Shown one piece after another: positions 39,839 through 53,500 of a stretch of 64,000 nucleotides of DNA; the stretch's first letter is position 1, and every line of letters starts with the position of its first letter. The notes beneath the pieces were generated by a model. It saw only the letters and a list, made by a program, of their open reading frames with translations. It did no database searches and was not told the origin of the DNA. Position numbers and translations under genes: made by a program. This stretch comes from Eledone cirrhosa. Lineage: Eukaryota. Location: contig OZ024742.1 in NCBI GenBank assembly GCA_964016885.1, forward strand, positions 91,636,001 through 91,700,000. Reading direction: 5' to 3'.

Positions 39839-41591
39839 ATGCAGAAACAACATCTGAATATTTCTACAAAGAACATACCCGTACCTAGCAGGAAAACATA
39901 CCTAAAAATCCTGATACAGAAAACAGACGCGTTCATTAAAAGGTTGCGTTGGCGTGCCTTTTATTTCGATAATCCGCGAAAAGCAGACAACAGACAGGAT
40001 AAATTTGGATTTAAAACCTATAATAACCCCCCATGGAACCCAGCATTGCTACCCTTCGAAGTCCGATTTAGGTAGACTTAGTAAAACGATTCTTGATAGA
40101 ATTATACCTGAAATTAGAAGTTTGGCCCCTCTCGCACTGTGGAACAATTCTTTCGCGGTGATTGATTGGTTCAACGGCATACGTAACAAGGAACATTGCC
40201 GTTTTATCCAATTCGACATCAACAATTACTACTCCTCCATCACTTTACCACTTCTCCTTAGAGCTATCAACTTCGCTAAAACACTCACAGTGGTTAAGGA
40301 TTTTGAAGTTGATGTCATCCTTAATACCCGAAAGTCGGTGATTAATTTCGACGACTCTATTTGGATTAAAAAATCCAATAGTACTCCATTCGACGTGAGT
40401 ATGGGCGCCAGTGACTCTGCGGAGGTTACTGATCTTATTGGCCTTTTCCTTCTTTTCTCTATCAAGGACGAATTCCCCAACGCGGGCGGTGGTTTGTACC
40501 ATGACGATGGTCTTTTGACCATGAATAAGTGCGGACCTCGTGCTTGCGACAGGTTCAGAAAAGAACTCACAGCCTTCTTTAAAGGCTTCAACCTCTCTAT
40601 ACAGGTTGAGGCCAATCTCTCGGTCGTTAATTACCTCGACGTTACACTCAATTTATTGAATGGGTTGTATTACCCGTATAGAAAGCCGAATGATACGCTT
40701 AATTACATAAGTAAGCATTCCAACCATCCTGCCAGCATAACCAAGAACCTGGTAAGAAACGTTTCGTTGAGGCTTTCCCGTCTTTCCACCAACGAGCGCA
40801 TTTTCAACGACCATTCCACTTATTACAATGAAGCTCTTGCTCGAAGTGGATTTGTCGATAAGGTAGCATATACAGAGTACGAAAATAGACCTAGAAGAAA
40901 TAGATTCCGTCGCATTTGTTGGTTTAACCCACCATATAATATGGAGGTGGCCACATCATTAGCTAAGATCTTTCTTTCCCTTATTACGAAGCATTTTCCC
41001 CCTACACATAAATATAGTAAAATTTTTAATAGAAATACTATTAAAATGTCTTACTCTACGACTCCTAACCTTGCACATAACATCACAGCTTCAAATTTAG
41101 CTAAACTACCTAGCCGTAGGAACACGTGCAACCCTGTAGTTAGTACTAACTGTAATTGTAACAATCGGGCTGATTGCCCCCTATCCGGGAAATGCCTCTC
41201 TAGTAACATTGTCTACAAATGTAAGGTTGTAACACCCACGTCCCGTAGGGCCTACATAGGGTTAACCGCCAATAGTTTCAAGCAGCGTCTTTACATGCAT
41301 ACCCATTCTTTTCGTTACCCTCTAAGAAGGAATATGACGTGACTTTCAGCTTATATCTGGAGTCTAAAAGACAACCACACCCAATATAAGTTACACTGGG
41401 AGATCCTAGCTAGGGCTAGATCGTATAACGGAAATAAAAGACCATGTGACCTCTGCGCCGCTGAGGCCCTGGAAATACTCTACGCCACAGACCACATCTT
41501 AAACAAAAAATCTGAGGCAATTTCGGCTTGTAAACATAAATTGCACAAAACTTTCCTGTATTACAGCCCCACGTTATACCCTGAGGGATAG
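39839..41591 (+). pseudogene. Penelope-like retroelement family 2 ORF (RT + GIY-YIG; Hydra-clade-like), internally deleted, with an in-frame TGA
   Basis: N-terminus NISTKNIPVPS...FIKRLRWRAFYF...FGFK; then SKSDLGRLSK, QFDINNYY, SMGASDSAE, YHDDG, VNYLDVTLNL, CNCNNRADCP, VYKC..YIGLT; the frame continues 82 codons past TGA 41340-41342 (LSAYIWSL...CDLC...CKH) to TAG 41591. Confidence 0.92.
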
Positions 41592-41970
41592 TACGATCTA
41601 TACGTGGATATTTTACGTCTTCATGTGGGAGCTAAGTATATGTTTTGTTTATTCCTTTACTTATTTGCATAGGTAAGTATATATTACCCGTATGTTTTGT
41701 GAAGGTATGTATACCTTCTCGTACGTATATTTGATTGTTTTGGCGTATAATTTTTATATATTTTGGTATTTAGGGTTTGGCTATGTGTATACGGGAGTTT
41801 TGCGTCTGCGTGAGTATGCAGCTTCGTACGTATGGTGGGTGTGTGTATATGTGTACTTCTTGTTTTAGTTGACCTACGTGTCCGAACATTCGTGTATTTA
41901 TATGTGTGTACGTGTGTGCGCTTGTTATATACGTATTTATTTACTTATATACGTATTTATTTACTTATAT

Positions 41971-43757
41971 ACAGATTAAAGTTTAAGCAAAGAATCGCTG
42001 CTTTCACCCTTAACGGGATCTTCTGAAACTAACAAAGTCAATCTGTAAACGCAGAACTGGATATTTCAAAAAACGTTGCAACCGGAGGAAGACAGGAAGA
42101 CGATACTTTGGTTCGTGGTATCGTTCGCTGGCAAAGAACGGGAAAAAACGAATAATACGTCATTAATAGGAGCGGTGAAAAACAATTACGCGCAAAGACA
42201 AAACCCCGTTTATGGTATAAAAGAGGTCGTAGACTAATGTTCTCTTAGGTGGTGCATAGAGATGTTCTCTGGCAATGAACGAAAAAACGAAGATAATAAG
42301 TCATATGTGGAGCGTGGAGAACAATAGCACGCAAAGACAAAACCACGTAAATGGTATAGCAGAAATCGTAGACTAAAATTCTAACTAGGAGACCAAATGA
42401 ATCTCCGCTACAGAGTTAAGAACAAAGTAAATAAATACAATACAGAAGTAATAGAAACAAATAAATACATACACGCAAACAGATACGTACATACACAAGC
42501 ATACGCAAAACCTTACCATGGGTATACAAAACCACGCACATATAAATATGTGTGTGTGTGTATGCTTGTGTACAAATAAATAAATAATTATATAAACGTA
42601 TATAAGTAAATAAATACGTATATAACAAGCGCACACGCATACCTACATATAAATACACGAATGTTCGGAGACGTAAGTCAACTAAAACAAGAAGTACACA
42701 TATACACACACCCACCATACGTACGAACCTGCACACTCACGCGGACGCAAAACTCCCGTATACACATAGCCAAATCCTAAATACCAGAATATGTAAAAAT
42801 TACACGCTATAACAGTCAAATATACGTACGAGAAGGTATACATACCTTCACAAAACATACGGGTAATATATACTTACCTATGCAAATAAGTAAAGGAATA
42901 AACAAAACATATACTTAGCTCCCACATCAAGACGTAAAATATCCACGTATAGATCGTAATATCCGTTAGGGTATAACGGGGGGTTGTAATAAAGGAAAGT
43001 TTTGTGCAATTTAGGTTTACAAGCCGAAATTGCCTCAGATTTTTTGTTTAAGATCTGGTCCGTTGCGTAGAGTATTTCCAGGGCCTCAGCGGCGCAGAGG
43101 TCACATGGTCTTTTATTTCCGTTATACGATCTAACCCTAGCTAGGATCTCCCAGTGTAACTTATATTGGGTGTGGTTGTCTTTTAGACTCCAGATATAAG
43201 CTGAAAGTCACGTCATATTCCTTCTTAGAGGGTAACGAAAAGAATGGGTATGCATGTAAAGACGCTGCTTGAAACTATTGGCGGTTAACCCTATGTAGGC
43301 CCTACGGGACGTGGGTGTTACAACCTTACATTTGTAGACAATGTTACTAGAGAGGCATTTCCCGGATAGAGGGCAATCAGCCCGATTGTTACAATTACAG
43401 TTAGTACTAACTACAGGGTTGCACGTGTTCCTACGGCTAGGTAGTTTAGCTAAATTTGAAGCTGTGATGTTATGTGCAAGGTTAGGAGTCGTAGAGTAAG
43501 ACATTTTAATAGTATTTCTATTAAAAATTTTACTATATTTATGTGTAGGGGGAAAATGCTTCGTAATAAGGGAAAGGAAGATCTTAGCTAATGGTGTGGC
43601 CACCTCCATATTATATGGTGGGTTAAACCAACAAATTCGACGGGATCTATTTCTTCTAGGTCTATTTTCGTACTCTGTATATGCTACCTTATCGACAAAT
43701 CCATTTCGAGCAAGAGCTTTATTGTAATAAGTGGAATGGTCGTTGAAAATGCGCTCG
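41971..43757 (-). mobile_element. Second, 5'-truncated PLE family 2 copy, tail-to-tail with the first
   Basis: ORF 43208-43819 is nearly identical to the C-terminus of 39954-41342; includes the 3' UTR and pLTR with an HHR variant at 41980-42030. Confidence 0.9.
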
Positions 43758-43867
43758 TGCGGGCAGGAAAATCGAGGCGAAACGCAAAAATCAGAAATGA
43801 TACTGGCAAAGTGCTCCATAGTTAAAAACCAGAGCTTATATATATATACATATATATATATATCTAT

Positions 43868-43940
43868 CTAAGGCGGGTAAAATTCCCGAGATCCATGGAC
43901 GAGTTCTCTCCAGCGGTCTCTGTCCCTCATTATTGCTGCC
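43868..43940 (-). mobile_element. Short RTE-type LINE 3' end
   Basis: [14 protein letters not shown]...stop. Confidence 0.5.
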
Positions 43941-43994
43941 TTATATATATATATGTATATATATACATATATATATATATATGTATGTATATAA

Positions 43995-44034
<40 letters not shown>

Positions 44035-44157
44035 GTATATATATATACATATATATATATGTATAATATAAATATCTAAATATATATATATACATATGTA
44101 TATATATATATATACAAACACACACACATATATAAATTTATATATATATTAATTTAT

Positions 44158-44600
44158 TAAAATAACAGATTAAAGTTTAAGCAAAAAATCGCTGCTTTCA
44201 CCATTAACGGGATCTTCTGAAACCAACAAAGTTAATCTGTAAACGCAGAAGTAGATATTTCAAAAAACGTTGCAACCGGAGGAAGACAGGAAGACGATAC
44301 TTTGGTTCGTGGAAACGTTCCCTAGCAAAGAACGGGAAAAAACGAATATAATACGTCATTAATAGGAGCGGTGAAAAACAATTCCGCGCAAAGACAGAAC
44401 CACGTTTATGGTATAAAAGAAGTCGTAGTCTAATGTTCTCTTAGGTGGTTCATAGAGACGTTCTCTGACGATTCTTTGCTTAAACTTTAATCTGTTATTT
44501 TAATAAATATTTGCTCTACGGTTCTTATATATTTGATGTATATTTATCTTTATCGAGCCCTCTTTGGATTTTAGTCTTCAAATTTATTATTATTACTATA
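44158..44600. mobile_element. Solo PLE family 2 pLTR with inversion, (TA)n-flanked
   Basis: 44158-44468 on the - strand (HHR variant at 44174-44224), then 44469-44600 on the + strand. Confidence 0.85.
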
Positions 44601-44602
44601 TT

Positions 44603-44633
<31 letters not shown>

Positions 44634-44840
44634 GTATGCATGTATATATATATATTCCTTCCCCATTATTTCCTAAATGTCTTTCCACCCCTCCTCTAAA
44701 CACCCTCGGAACTCTCTTCCTACCCAATTTTCTCTTGAAGAAGGGATTATGCCGAATCGCCCCCCCCCCCACTCTCAAGAGCGTGAACCTAATAAACCTT
44801 TATTTGTCTGCCTCTCTGTTTTTGTTCCCGTCCAAGTTTT

Positions 44841-44879
<39 letters not shown>

Positions 44880-44918
44880 CATGCATTTATATATATATAT
44901 ATATATATACATACATGC

Positions 44919-44961
<43 letters not shown>

Positions 44962-45127
44962 CATATATATATATAAATATATATATATATAACCAAAAGT
45001 TAAACAAGGTTCATTGATTAATCAATGAATATAGTTTTACAATAGATAAGAAGCACTCAACAGATATGTTCTGGAGTTACTAATATTAATACAAAATATT
45101 AATAAATATAGACATTCATGTAATCAA

Positions 45128-45199
45128 ATATATTTTATTATATATATTTCGGAGGTACTGTGCTGTTTCCTCAGTACGTCCTCATCCGATAAAATATAT
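45128..45199 (-). ncRNA. Hammerhead related to family B (U4>G)
   Basis: Reverse complement: ATATATTTTAT-CGGATGA-GGAcGTACTG...CAGTACcTCC-GAA-ATATATAT-A-ATAAAATATAT; the flank shares gataag.agcactcaacag with the 4390-4415 region. Confidence 0.7.
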
Positions 45200-45294
45200 A
45201 AATTGATGTATGACATACCTCAACTGTGCTGATTGTTCATATATAATAAAATATATTTGATTACATGAATGTCTATATTTATTAATATTTTGAA

Positions 45295-45419
<125 letters not shown>

Positions 45420-45687
45420 TAAAACATGTCTATAGAATCACAAGATAAAATATATACCATTTCCTCTCCCAATTAGCATAATTAACTATATAAAAAATCG
45501 AATAGACCAGGCTATAAGAATGAGGCTTCTATGAAGAAATCGCCAACAAATAACCGAAACTAGCCCTTCGCGTCGGCCGCAACGGAATATTTATCGAATA
45601 TTTCGACAGCGTAATCGCCCAGATACAGTCAACTAAACAGAATTAGGTGTAAAATAAACTAGGAGAAAATAGAATACATTTAAATAC

Positions 45688-45770
45688 CTCTACCATGGTT
45701 TCATCCGCATTTTGAGATTTCCAATAATTATGTAATAATTATATAACTCGAGCACCGGATTCATCAGGAG
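45688..45770 (-). ncRNA. Type I hammerhead with long stem II, family H
   Basis: Reverse complement: CTC-CTGATGA-ATCCG-(~48 nt)-CGGAT-GAA-ACCATGGT-A-GAG, lying between ~80-bp direct repeats 45414-45495 and 46070-46152. Confidence 0.78.
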
Positions 45771-46148
45771 ATTTGCTCTGATCTAGACACTAAATTTTCC
45801 AAAGTGATCGCGCCAAGAATTCATTCAAAATGGCTAAGAATCGTGACGTAGTCGCGGTCAGGTTGGAAGGGGCGTGGTAGTTGCTTACGACTGGTAGCTT
45901 TTTTGCTAGAAAGCACAGCACAATACAGCCAAATTTGTATCTGAACCTAATGGGAGATTATTACATATAAAAGTTTACATATATATATACATACATATAC
46001 ATATACGTGTTTTGCAACGGGTCACTTTGTGGCTCAATAACAATTTAATAAATTAAATAATCAGAGCTATATATCATAAAACATGTCTATAGAATCACCA
46101 GATAAAATATATACCATTTCCTCTCCCAATTAGCATAATTAACTATAT

Positions 46149-46217
<69 letters not shown>

Positions 46218-46289
46218 AGGGAGAGAGAGAGATAGAGAGAGAGATTAAACCCACCACCTTCAGCACTGCGAAGAAAAAATATTACCGGA

Positions 46290-47030
46290 AGTTTTAATAA
46301 AGTATCTAAACTCAGGAAATATACGTTTTATTAGCTATTTGAATATTAGAATGTGGTTTTAATATCTTGTCATGTCTTGTGTACATGGCATCTGCCATAT
46401 TCTCCTCCATGACATATGCCATATTATTATATTCCATTGTTTTCACGAGTGACTCGTTCACCATTAAGTGGCTAATGTGGAGGGGAAATAGTGTTTGTTC
46501 TAAAATGCCGTCCATTGTTTTGTCTTCCACCACCGACACTGAACAATGTCCTACACTACAAACTTTCATATAATGTTTTAGGGAACATGTAATGGGTGAT
46601 TCGTTCCCTGTCGGCTGACTACGGTAATTGGGAAGGGGGTTTTTATTTCAAAATTGAAATTTTGGATTGTTTCCTCTTTCATCCGTGGCACTGAGTTCGA
46701 TATTCCTTGTATTCTATTATCGGCACACATCCCGGCGCTGTTCGTCTCTGTCGGATCAATACCTTCCAAAAACTCCTACTCAAAAGGTGCCTCCATTGGT
46801 TTGGTCAAGTACCGCTCGCCGTCCCCAAAGTGAAATCATCCTCAATGCAGTAGTGCTAGAGCCCCTCACCCCCGGGTGAAGTAAACTGAGAGCCAGAGAG
46901 CTGAAGGCGTGGATTGCCACAATCAAGTCAGATCTTGAGCGAGTATCCTGACACCTAAATATATGGCATTTGCCGTTGAAATTGTGATTGGCTGGTATCA
47001 ACTGCATCGCATGTCTGTCATCACCGTACA
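46290..47030 (-). pseudogene. Heavily decayed probable PLE RT fragment
   Basis: Broken frames give TANAIYLG...EFLEGID...MKEETIQNFNFEI...VSRQGTNHPLHVP, resembling a PLE RT palm/thumb; lies upstream of the family H HHR on the same strand. Confidence 0.4.
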
Positions 47031-47359
47031 TAAGAGGTCTTCATTAAGGATACTCTTGATGCGCTGTTTGGGACTGGATCGACCTAACTTGGTTGAACGT
47101 TGAGACAATTACAAATAAGGAAGTACTGGCAATGAGTAATGTCCCAATTTATACACTGTTTTGGGGAAAACGTATTGGTTAATTTGCTCACTGTCGGATG
47201 GCAATGATAGAAAGAAAAGATAATTCGTCACATGTAAAGTTTGTTGAATTAGTATCATCAGTAATCAGAAGAAGGGAGGTAGGCGTAAAAGCCAAACTCG
47301 CCATCTTCATTTCGGTATTCGACCCTTACCTATTGTCATCAGTTTTGGGTAATGTTTGA

Positions 47360-47615
47360 AAGAATACGATCGCGAATATTAGCGGCCGAAATGGAATTAC
47401 TCCGAAGGGCCTTTGGAGTAATTTGACAGATTTTACGGGTAAAATCAAACGGCAGGAGACCCAGGTGTAGACCCCGAGCAAGATGGTTGGATAACATCCA
47501 TAAGGCTGGTTGGTCTCGCTTGGGAATCCAGCCGGATCAGCTGGAGATGGTTGCTTTTGACAGGACCCCCGGAAGGTTCATTTGAGGACTCTGCCCCCAT
47601 GACTCTCTCAGGAAT
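47360..47615 (+). mobile_element. RTE LINE 3' fragment
   Basis: Homologous to 14090-14327 and 55063-55420. Confidence 0.75.
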
Positions 47616-47644
47616 AAGTGGGCGAATATTAATAATAATAATGC

Positions 47645-48285
47645 TTTCTTTATTAAATAGAATAGGGTTTACAAAAAATAGTGGTTTCACGTGTATAAAA
47701 ACAAAAACAAAAACAAAGTATGCAACATAAAAATCGAAACAAAGGAAAATTCCCCTATAGGAGGAGAATTCCGAAGGTCAGTCATGGAGAAAGCCCACAA
47801 AAAAGCCACGGTGACCATGACCACCAGGGAAAGTGCCCTCTCCGAGTTTTCCACCTCCAATCTACAGGCGCATTTTCAGAACAGGTCCATTAATTCGGGC
47901 CATGTTCGCCTCTCTCAACTGTTGGGAATGGAGCACTTCCCTCTCCAGCCCGATTTTACTTTTCAAATGAAATTTGAAAAAGTTAATCAGGTCTTCGTCG
48001 AAGAGTTAAGTACTCGTCTTCAGCCGTTTCAAATTTCTCCACCACACAATCTCTTTCGCCATGGCCACCAGGTTGATAAGAAGTGCCTGTCCTTCCTGGC
48101 TACAGAATGGTGGCGGGGAAATCTTCACGATGATGGCCAGATCCGTCCTACACGCGACAGTAGGTGTTCGACATAAACCTACATGTCAGCAATGCTTAAA
48201 TACTCGATGCGTGTGTGCAGGACAGTTTCATCACCCAAAGTGCACATCGGATATGTCTCGCTGACGGCACTTCCATGCATGTAGA
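47645..48285 (-). mobile_element. Probable L1/Tx1-like LINE 3' end
   Basis: Decayed frame with AKEIVW...LKSKIGLER-like residues and a T-rich 3' UTR; family assignment tentative. Confidence 0.35.
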
Positions 48286-48524
48286 GTTTATTAATGGTTT
48301 CTGATTTAGGCACGAAGCCAGTAATATGAAAGGGAGGGAAAAGCTGATAGGTACATTATTTTATCGAGCCCGTAAGAATGAAAGGCAAAGCTAACCAAGC
48401 CGAGGTTAGCTTTTGCCTTTCATCTTCACGGGGTCGATAAAATAAAACACCAGTAGTGTACTGGGGTCGATTTAATCAGCTTTCCCCTCCTTTTCATATT
48501 GCTGGCCTTGTGCCTAAAGTGGAA

Positions 48525-49230
48525 ATAATAATAATTATTATTGCGGTAACTGCCGCTGTTGCTTTTGTTGCTGTTGCTGCTGTTGTTGTTGCTGTTGTTG
48601 ATGCTGCTGTTGAAGTTGTTGTTGTTGCTGTTTGCTTGCTACTTCTGTTATCGATTTGGGATGTTTGTTGCTCTTGCGGTTGTTGTTAATATTGTTGTTC
48701 CTATTAATGTTATTATTATTATTGATGTTGTTGTTGTTGTTGTTGTTTCTGTTGCTGCTTTTGTTGTTGCTGCTGCTGGTCTTGTTGTTATTGTTATTGT
48801 TGTTGTTCTTACTGTTGTTGTTGCTCCTGTTGTTGTTGTTGTTGATGTTGTTTTGTTGTTATTGTTGCTGCTGTTGCTGTTGTTGTTATTGTTGCTGTTG
48901 CTGCTCTTGTTATTGTTGTTGTCATTGTTGTTGTTGTTGTTGTTATTGTTGTTTGTGTTATTACTTTCTTGATGATTTTGTTGTTGCTGAAATTGACGAT
49001 CTTAGTGTTGTTATTGCTGTTGTTGTGACTGTATTGTAAGATTTGTTAATAATTTCGTTGTTGTTGTTGATATTGTTGTTGTTGTTACTGTTGTTCGTGT
49101 TATGTATTGTAGATACTCTTATTGCTTTTCCTTTGCGGTTGTTGCTTTTTGGTGTTATTGTTGTGGCCACTGTAGCAGCAGCAGCAACAACAACAGCAAC
49201 AACAGTAGCAGCAGCAGCAACAGCAGCAAC

Positions 49231-49299
<69 letters not shown>

Positions 49300-49440
49300 G
49301 GTGCTGGTTGTGGTGGTAGTGGTGGCGGTAGTGGTCGTGCTGCTGCTGCTGTTATAACCATTAGCAGTAGAAGCAACAGTAGCAGAAGTAGTAGTAGAAG
49401 TAGTAGTAGTGGTATTAGAAGTAGTAGTAGTCTTTACTGT
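48525..49440. repeat. Compound (GTT/GCT/AGT)n low-complexity tract
   Basis: Direct reading. Confidence 0.9.
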
Positions 49441-49611
49441 TGAACTGTCCCTTCTCAACACAGTCAAACATTCTGGGAACGCTGAGATCCCTTTTATTTG
49501 TCCCAGAATTCCAACCCTCTGATCTCCCGATTTATCCCTCACTAAGCCAGTATCAAGGTTGCAATGTCATTTCATCCTATAAAGTACATAGCGGAGCGGT
49601 GGTGTCCTTAT

Positions 49612-49679
<68 letters not shown>

Positions 49680-49776
49680 ATGCTGGAGGTGATGTTGGAG
49701 GTTATATACTTGTTGGTGGTATGAGATTGGAGAAATATATACGAGTTTACATTTCAGCAGTTAACAATATAAAAGT

Positions 49777-49819
<43 letters not shown>

Positions 49820-49823
49820 GCGC

Positions 49824-49892
<69 letters not shown>

Positions 49893-49988
49893 TGTGTGTA
49901 TGTAAAAATTAAACAGAAATAACAAAGCAAGCGACACAATATAATGAAGAAATATATTAATTTAACGCTTGAAATAATAGAAAAAGAC

Positions 49989-50024
49989 TCTTAACGTTTC
50001 AGATACTAGTCTTTCATCAGAAGA
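49989..50024 (-). ncRNA. Minimal hammerhead, family A
   Basis: Reverse complement: TCTT-CTGATGA-A-AGA-ctagta-TCT-GAA-ACGT-T-AAGA. Confidence 0.72.
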
Positions 50025-50141
50025 TAGAAGGAGAAACAAAAAAATGAATGAGAAAGATAGGGAATGAGAAAAGAAAGGAACGGAAAACTATTGTGAAAAA
50101 AACTCATGTGCGTATTCAGTTAGCCATATGTAGGTGCGTGG

Positions 50142-50176
50142 CTAGGGTTAGGGTTAGGGTTAGGGTTAGGGTTAGG
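50142..50176 (+). repeat. Interstitial telomeric-type (TTAGGG)n tract
   Basis: About 5-6 TTAGGG units. Confidence 0.8.
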
Positions 50177-50322
50177 TCGTGATTTCGATTTCCAGAACGG
50201 GGGTGCAACGTGACCTTTAAAATGCATCTTCATTTGACGTTCCACTAGTTTGCTTGTCACGTAGTGGCAACTGTTCGTTACACTCATGTATAATCTTATC
50301 AACCGATTATTGTTATCGAAAT

Positions 50323-50507
50323 TAATTGTTTCTATTTTAGATACAAGGCCAGCAATTACCCAGTACATTACTGGTACTTTATTTTATCGATCCCGTAAGG
50401 ATGAAAGGCAAAGTTAACCTCAGCGGGATTTGAACTCAGATCATAAAGGGACGTAACTCTATGCTTCAAAGCATGGTGTCCAACTCTCTACCGATACTGC
50501 CAATCCA
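50323..50507 (-). mobile_element. tRNA-derived SINE
   Basis: Same family as 1978-2165. Confidence 0.85.
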
Positions 50508-53500
50508 CTTCCAAATACATTTAAGATATTTTTATATTCTCTGCTTTATGTTATCAGCCGGCCAATATTATCTAAAAGGTTCCGTCCCAAGGTGCTCACA
50601 ATATATGGCTTCCACTCTAAATCGTTTCCAGAGGCTGGGGCAGAATTTATTATGTTTCTGGAAAAACAAATTATATATTATTTTTTTTTACATTTACAAC
50701 TTTGCCATTGTGCGGCAAATATTCCTGCATTAATACAGAGAATTACCGTATAAACGTTTGTATAGTTTGTTTCAAGGTTTAAAAGCCGCTTTCTAAAGTT
50801 TCATATTCCCAGCACTAAATATTTTCTACTCAATCCTTCTCTTCAATTCCCTACCTGCTTACGATTCTTACTACAGTTTTCGGACTGCAGATGTTCTAAT
50901 TAACTATCTTTAACATTGCTCTCACAAATCTGGGATGAACCACAGATGCTACGAACGTTCTCTCTCTTTCTTGTCTTCTGTTTTCTGATTAATTCATCAT
51001 GGTTTCTAATTTGGGCACAAGGCCAATAATTTAAGAAAAGGGAAATTCGACTAGTTCAAGTCCAGTACTTTTTTTTTATCGACTCCAGAAGCTTGAAAAG
51101 AAAGTCTGCCCTCAGTGGCATTCGATCTCAGAAATTAAAGAAACTGAATTTATTTTTCCGGAGCACTAGCAATTCTGCCAATCTATTGATTAATTAGTAG
51201 TACAAACAAACAAATCCAATACAAATTCGCATTTAAATGTTCCACGTTAGAGAGAGTAAACAATGTTCTGTTTTATTTCAACTTAATTTAAACATCTTGT
51301 TTCAATTGTTTTTAAACAGCTTTTCAATTGTTTTTATTTTAAAAAGACCTATTCAATTAGAATTAGTGTCTCTGTATGTTCACAGCCACTGGCTGAAACT
51401 GGTATAAAAAATAAAGTAATATAATACAATTATTTTACATTGCTGTTCAAACACAGCACGATAATGTTATGTAATTAAACATTCAAAATCAATTTCAGTT
51501 TTAGAATTACAAAAATGTTATTGTTATTCCCATTTTTAGGGTAATGAAAAGGCAGAAACAGTTGTATGCTGACCTAAATGCCTTGCAGTGTTTATATGTG
51601 TTCTTTAAATCCCACCAAGGTCGAATTTGTCTTTCATCTTTCCGGGCTCGATAACAGTATGTATCCGGCATAAACTACCCCTCCCCCATCCTTAACATAT
51701 TTGTCACCTTCTATATTCAAAAGTATGCATTTAATATTTATATTAATACAAGAAAGGTGCTTATATGGGAGTAGAAGGAGCAAGTGAATGCCTGTTAAAT
51801 TCTTTGTAGTATTTCAGATATGTCACTTTACCTTCGCTTTACCTCCAGGGTTGATAGAAATAGTACCCAGCATGAAACAAACCCTACCTCTTATACATTT
51901 ATAGCCTTGTGACAAATTTAGAAATATAAACTTATAAAGTAATGATTCATTATTTAACATAACAATGGCTGATGATTGACGATATATTTAAATGTCTTTT
52001 CTGCAGTGTTAAGTTATTGTCCCTTTACGCCATCGTTTCAAATGACGCCAGAGGTGACTTCCACTTCAATCTTTCCAGAGTTAATAGAAATATGCATCAG
52101 GCGTAAACCAAAACTCTCGTCTACAAATATGTTGCCTTGTGGTAGCAAAATTAGTAATTAAAATTCTGAAGTAATGCGTCATTATTCAACATAACAAGAA
52201 TGATTACTAAACACAACAAAAGCATGTTTTACATAACAGGGTTTATATCTAAGGACTTTGAAATCTCGCCGAGGGTGAGTTTGGCTTTAATGCATGCGGC
52301 ATTGATAATATTAGTACAAATAAAATAATAAACCAATTCAATCAATCTTCTTGCATTTGTAAACCTTGTGCCAATGTAAAAAAGAAACAACTTAATTTGT
52401 TCTTATTTTCATTTGAATATAATAATATATTTTTAAATAATATTTTGTAGGAATTTTTTCCTTTAGCATAACTATTATCCCAATTTTACAATAATTTGCA
52501 AAATTATTTTGATTTTATATTATTTTATATTTTAAAAATATTTTTGGATTTATTCTAACTTTTATTATATTTATAGATTTATTTTAAATTTAGTATTTTT
52601 TTACAAATTAAAAAGTATATATTGATTTTCAAATTTAATTTAAATCTAATTTTTATTTTTTTAAATTACTTTAACATTTTAAATGAAATCTATAACACTT
52701 CAGTACCTTTAAGAAATAATTGTTTCTACTTTAGGCACAAGGCCAGCAATTACCCAGTGCATTAATAAAGTACCAGTAATGCACTGGGTTATTGCTGGCC
52801 TTGTGCCTAAAGTAGAAACAATTATTTCCAAACCTTTTTTTTTCACTTATAGAATTTACTTTAATTATGAAATTGTTTTATTTTTGTCACTTGTAAATGC
52901 TGAAGTTTAATTCCTCGAAATATTTTATCTATTTAGATAGTTTTTGTTATAATTGTTATGAATTATGCTGAAGGGGGTAGTAATGATGGTAGCATTAATG
53001 ATAGTAATATTGGTGAAGAAATTGGTGATACTAATGATTGTAGGGGTGATAATGCTGGTGTCGGTATTGCTGGCGTTTGGGGCGCTGTTTGGTAAGAGTG
53101 ATGGTGATGATGTTGATGATGATGCTGATGGTGTGGTGGGGAAATCGTCAGTGATTTTATTGATGGTGATGATGTCTTGGTAATGTTGGTGCTGTTGATC
53201 GTAATTGTAGTAATAATCTTTTTATTCATTTTCATCTCTCTCACTACTCTATCTTCCACTTCATAAGTTTCTTTTTTTCGACCCTTTTTCACTTCTTTAC
53301 CTTTTCGTTGCACATCTTAACTGTTTTCTCTCCTTCACTTTCTTCTTCTTCTTCTTCTTCTTCTTCTTCTTCTTCTTCTTCTTCTTCTTCTTCTTCTTCT
53401 ATATGCAGAAACTCTCTCCCTTACCGGAAAAATGCCCTGTGGTATTTACTTACGATTTCTACGTAGTGTGGTCGGTTCCTACCGAGGTCAACTTTGCCTT

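Noticed and set aside
44730-44790. TTGAAGA-AGGGATTATGCC-GAAT motif in a TA-flanked insert
   Set aside because: Multiple core mismatches; cannot be supported as an HHR.
50142-50176. Telomere or chromosome end
   Set aside because: Only about 5-6 units embedded internally, probably part of a dispersed repeat.
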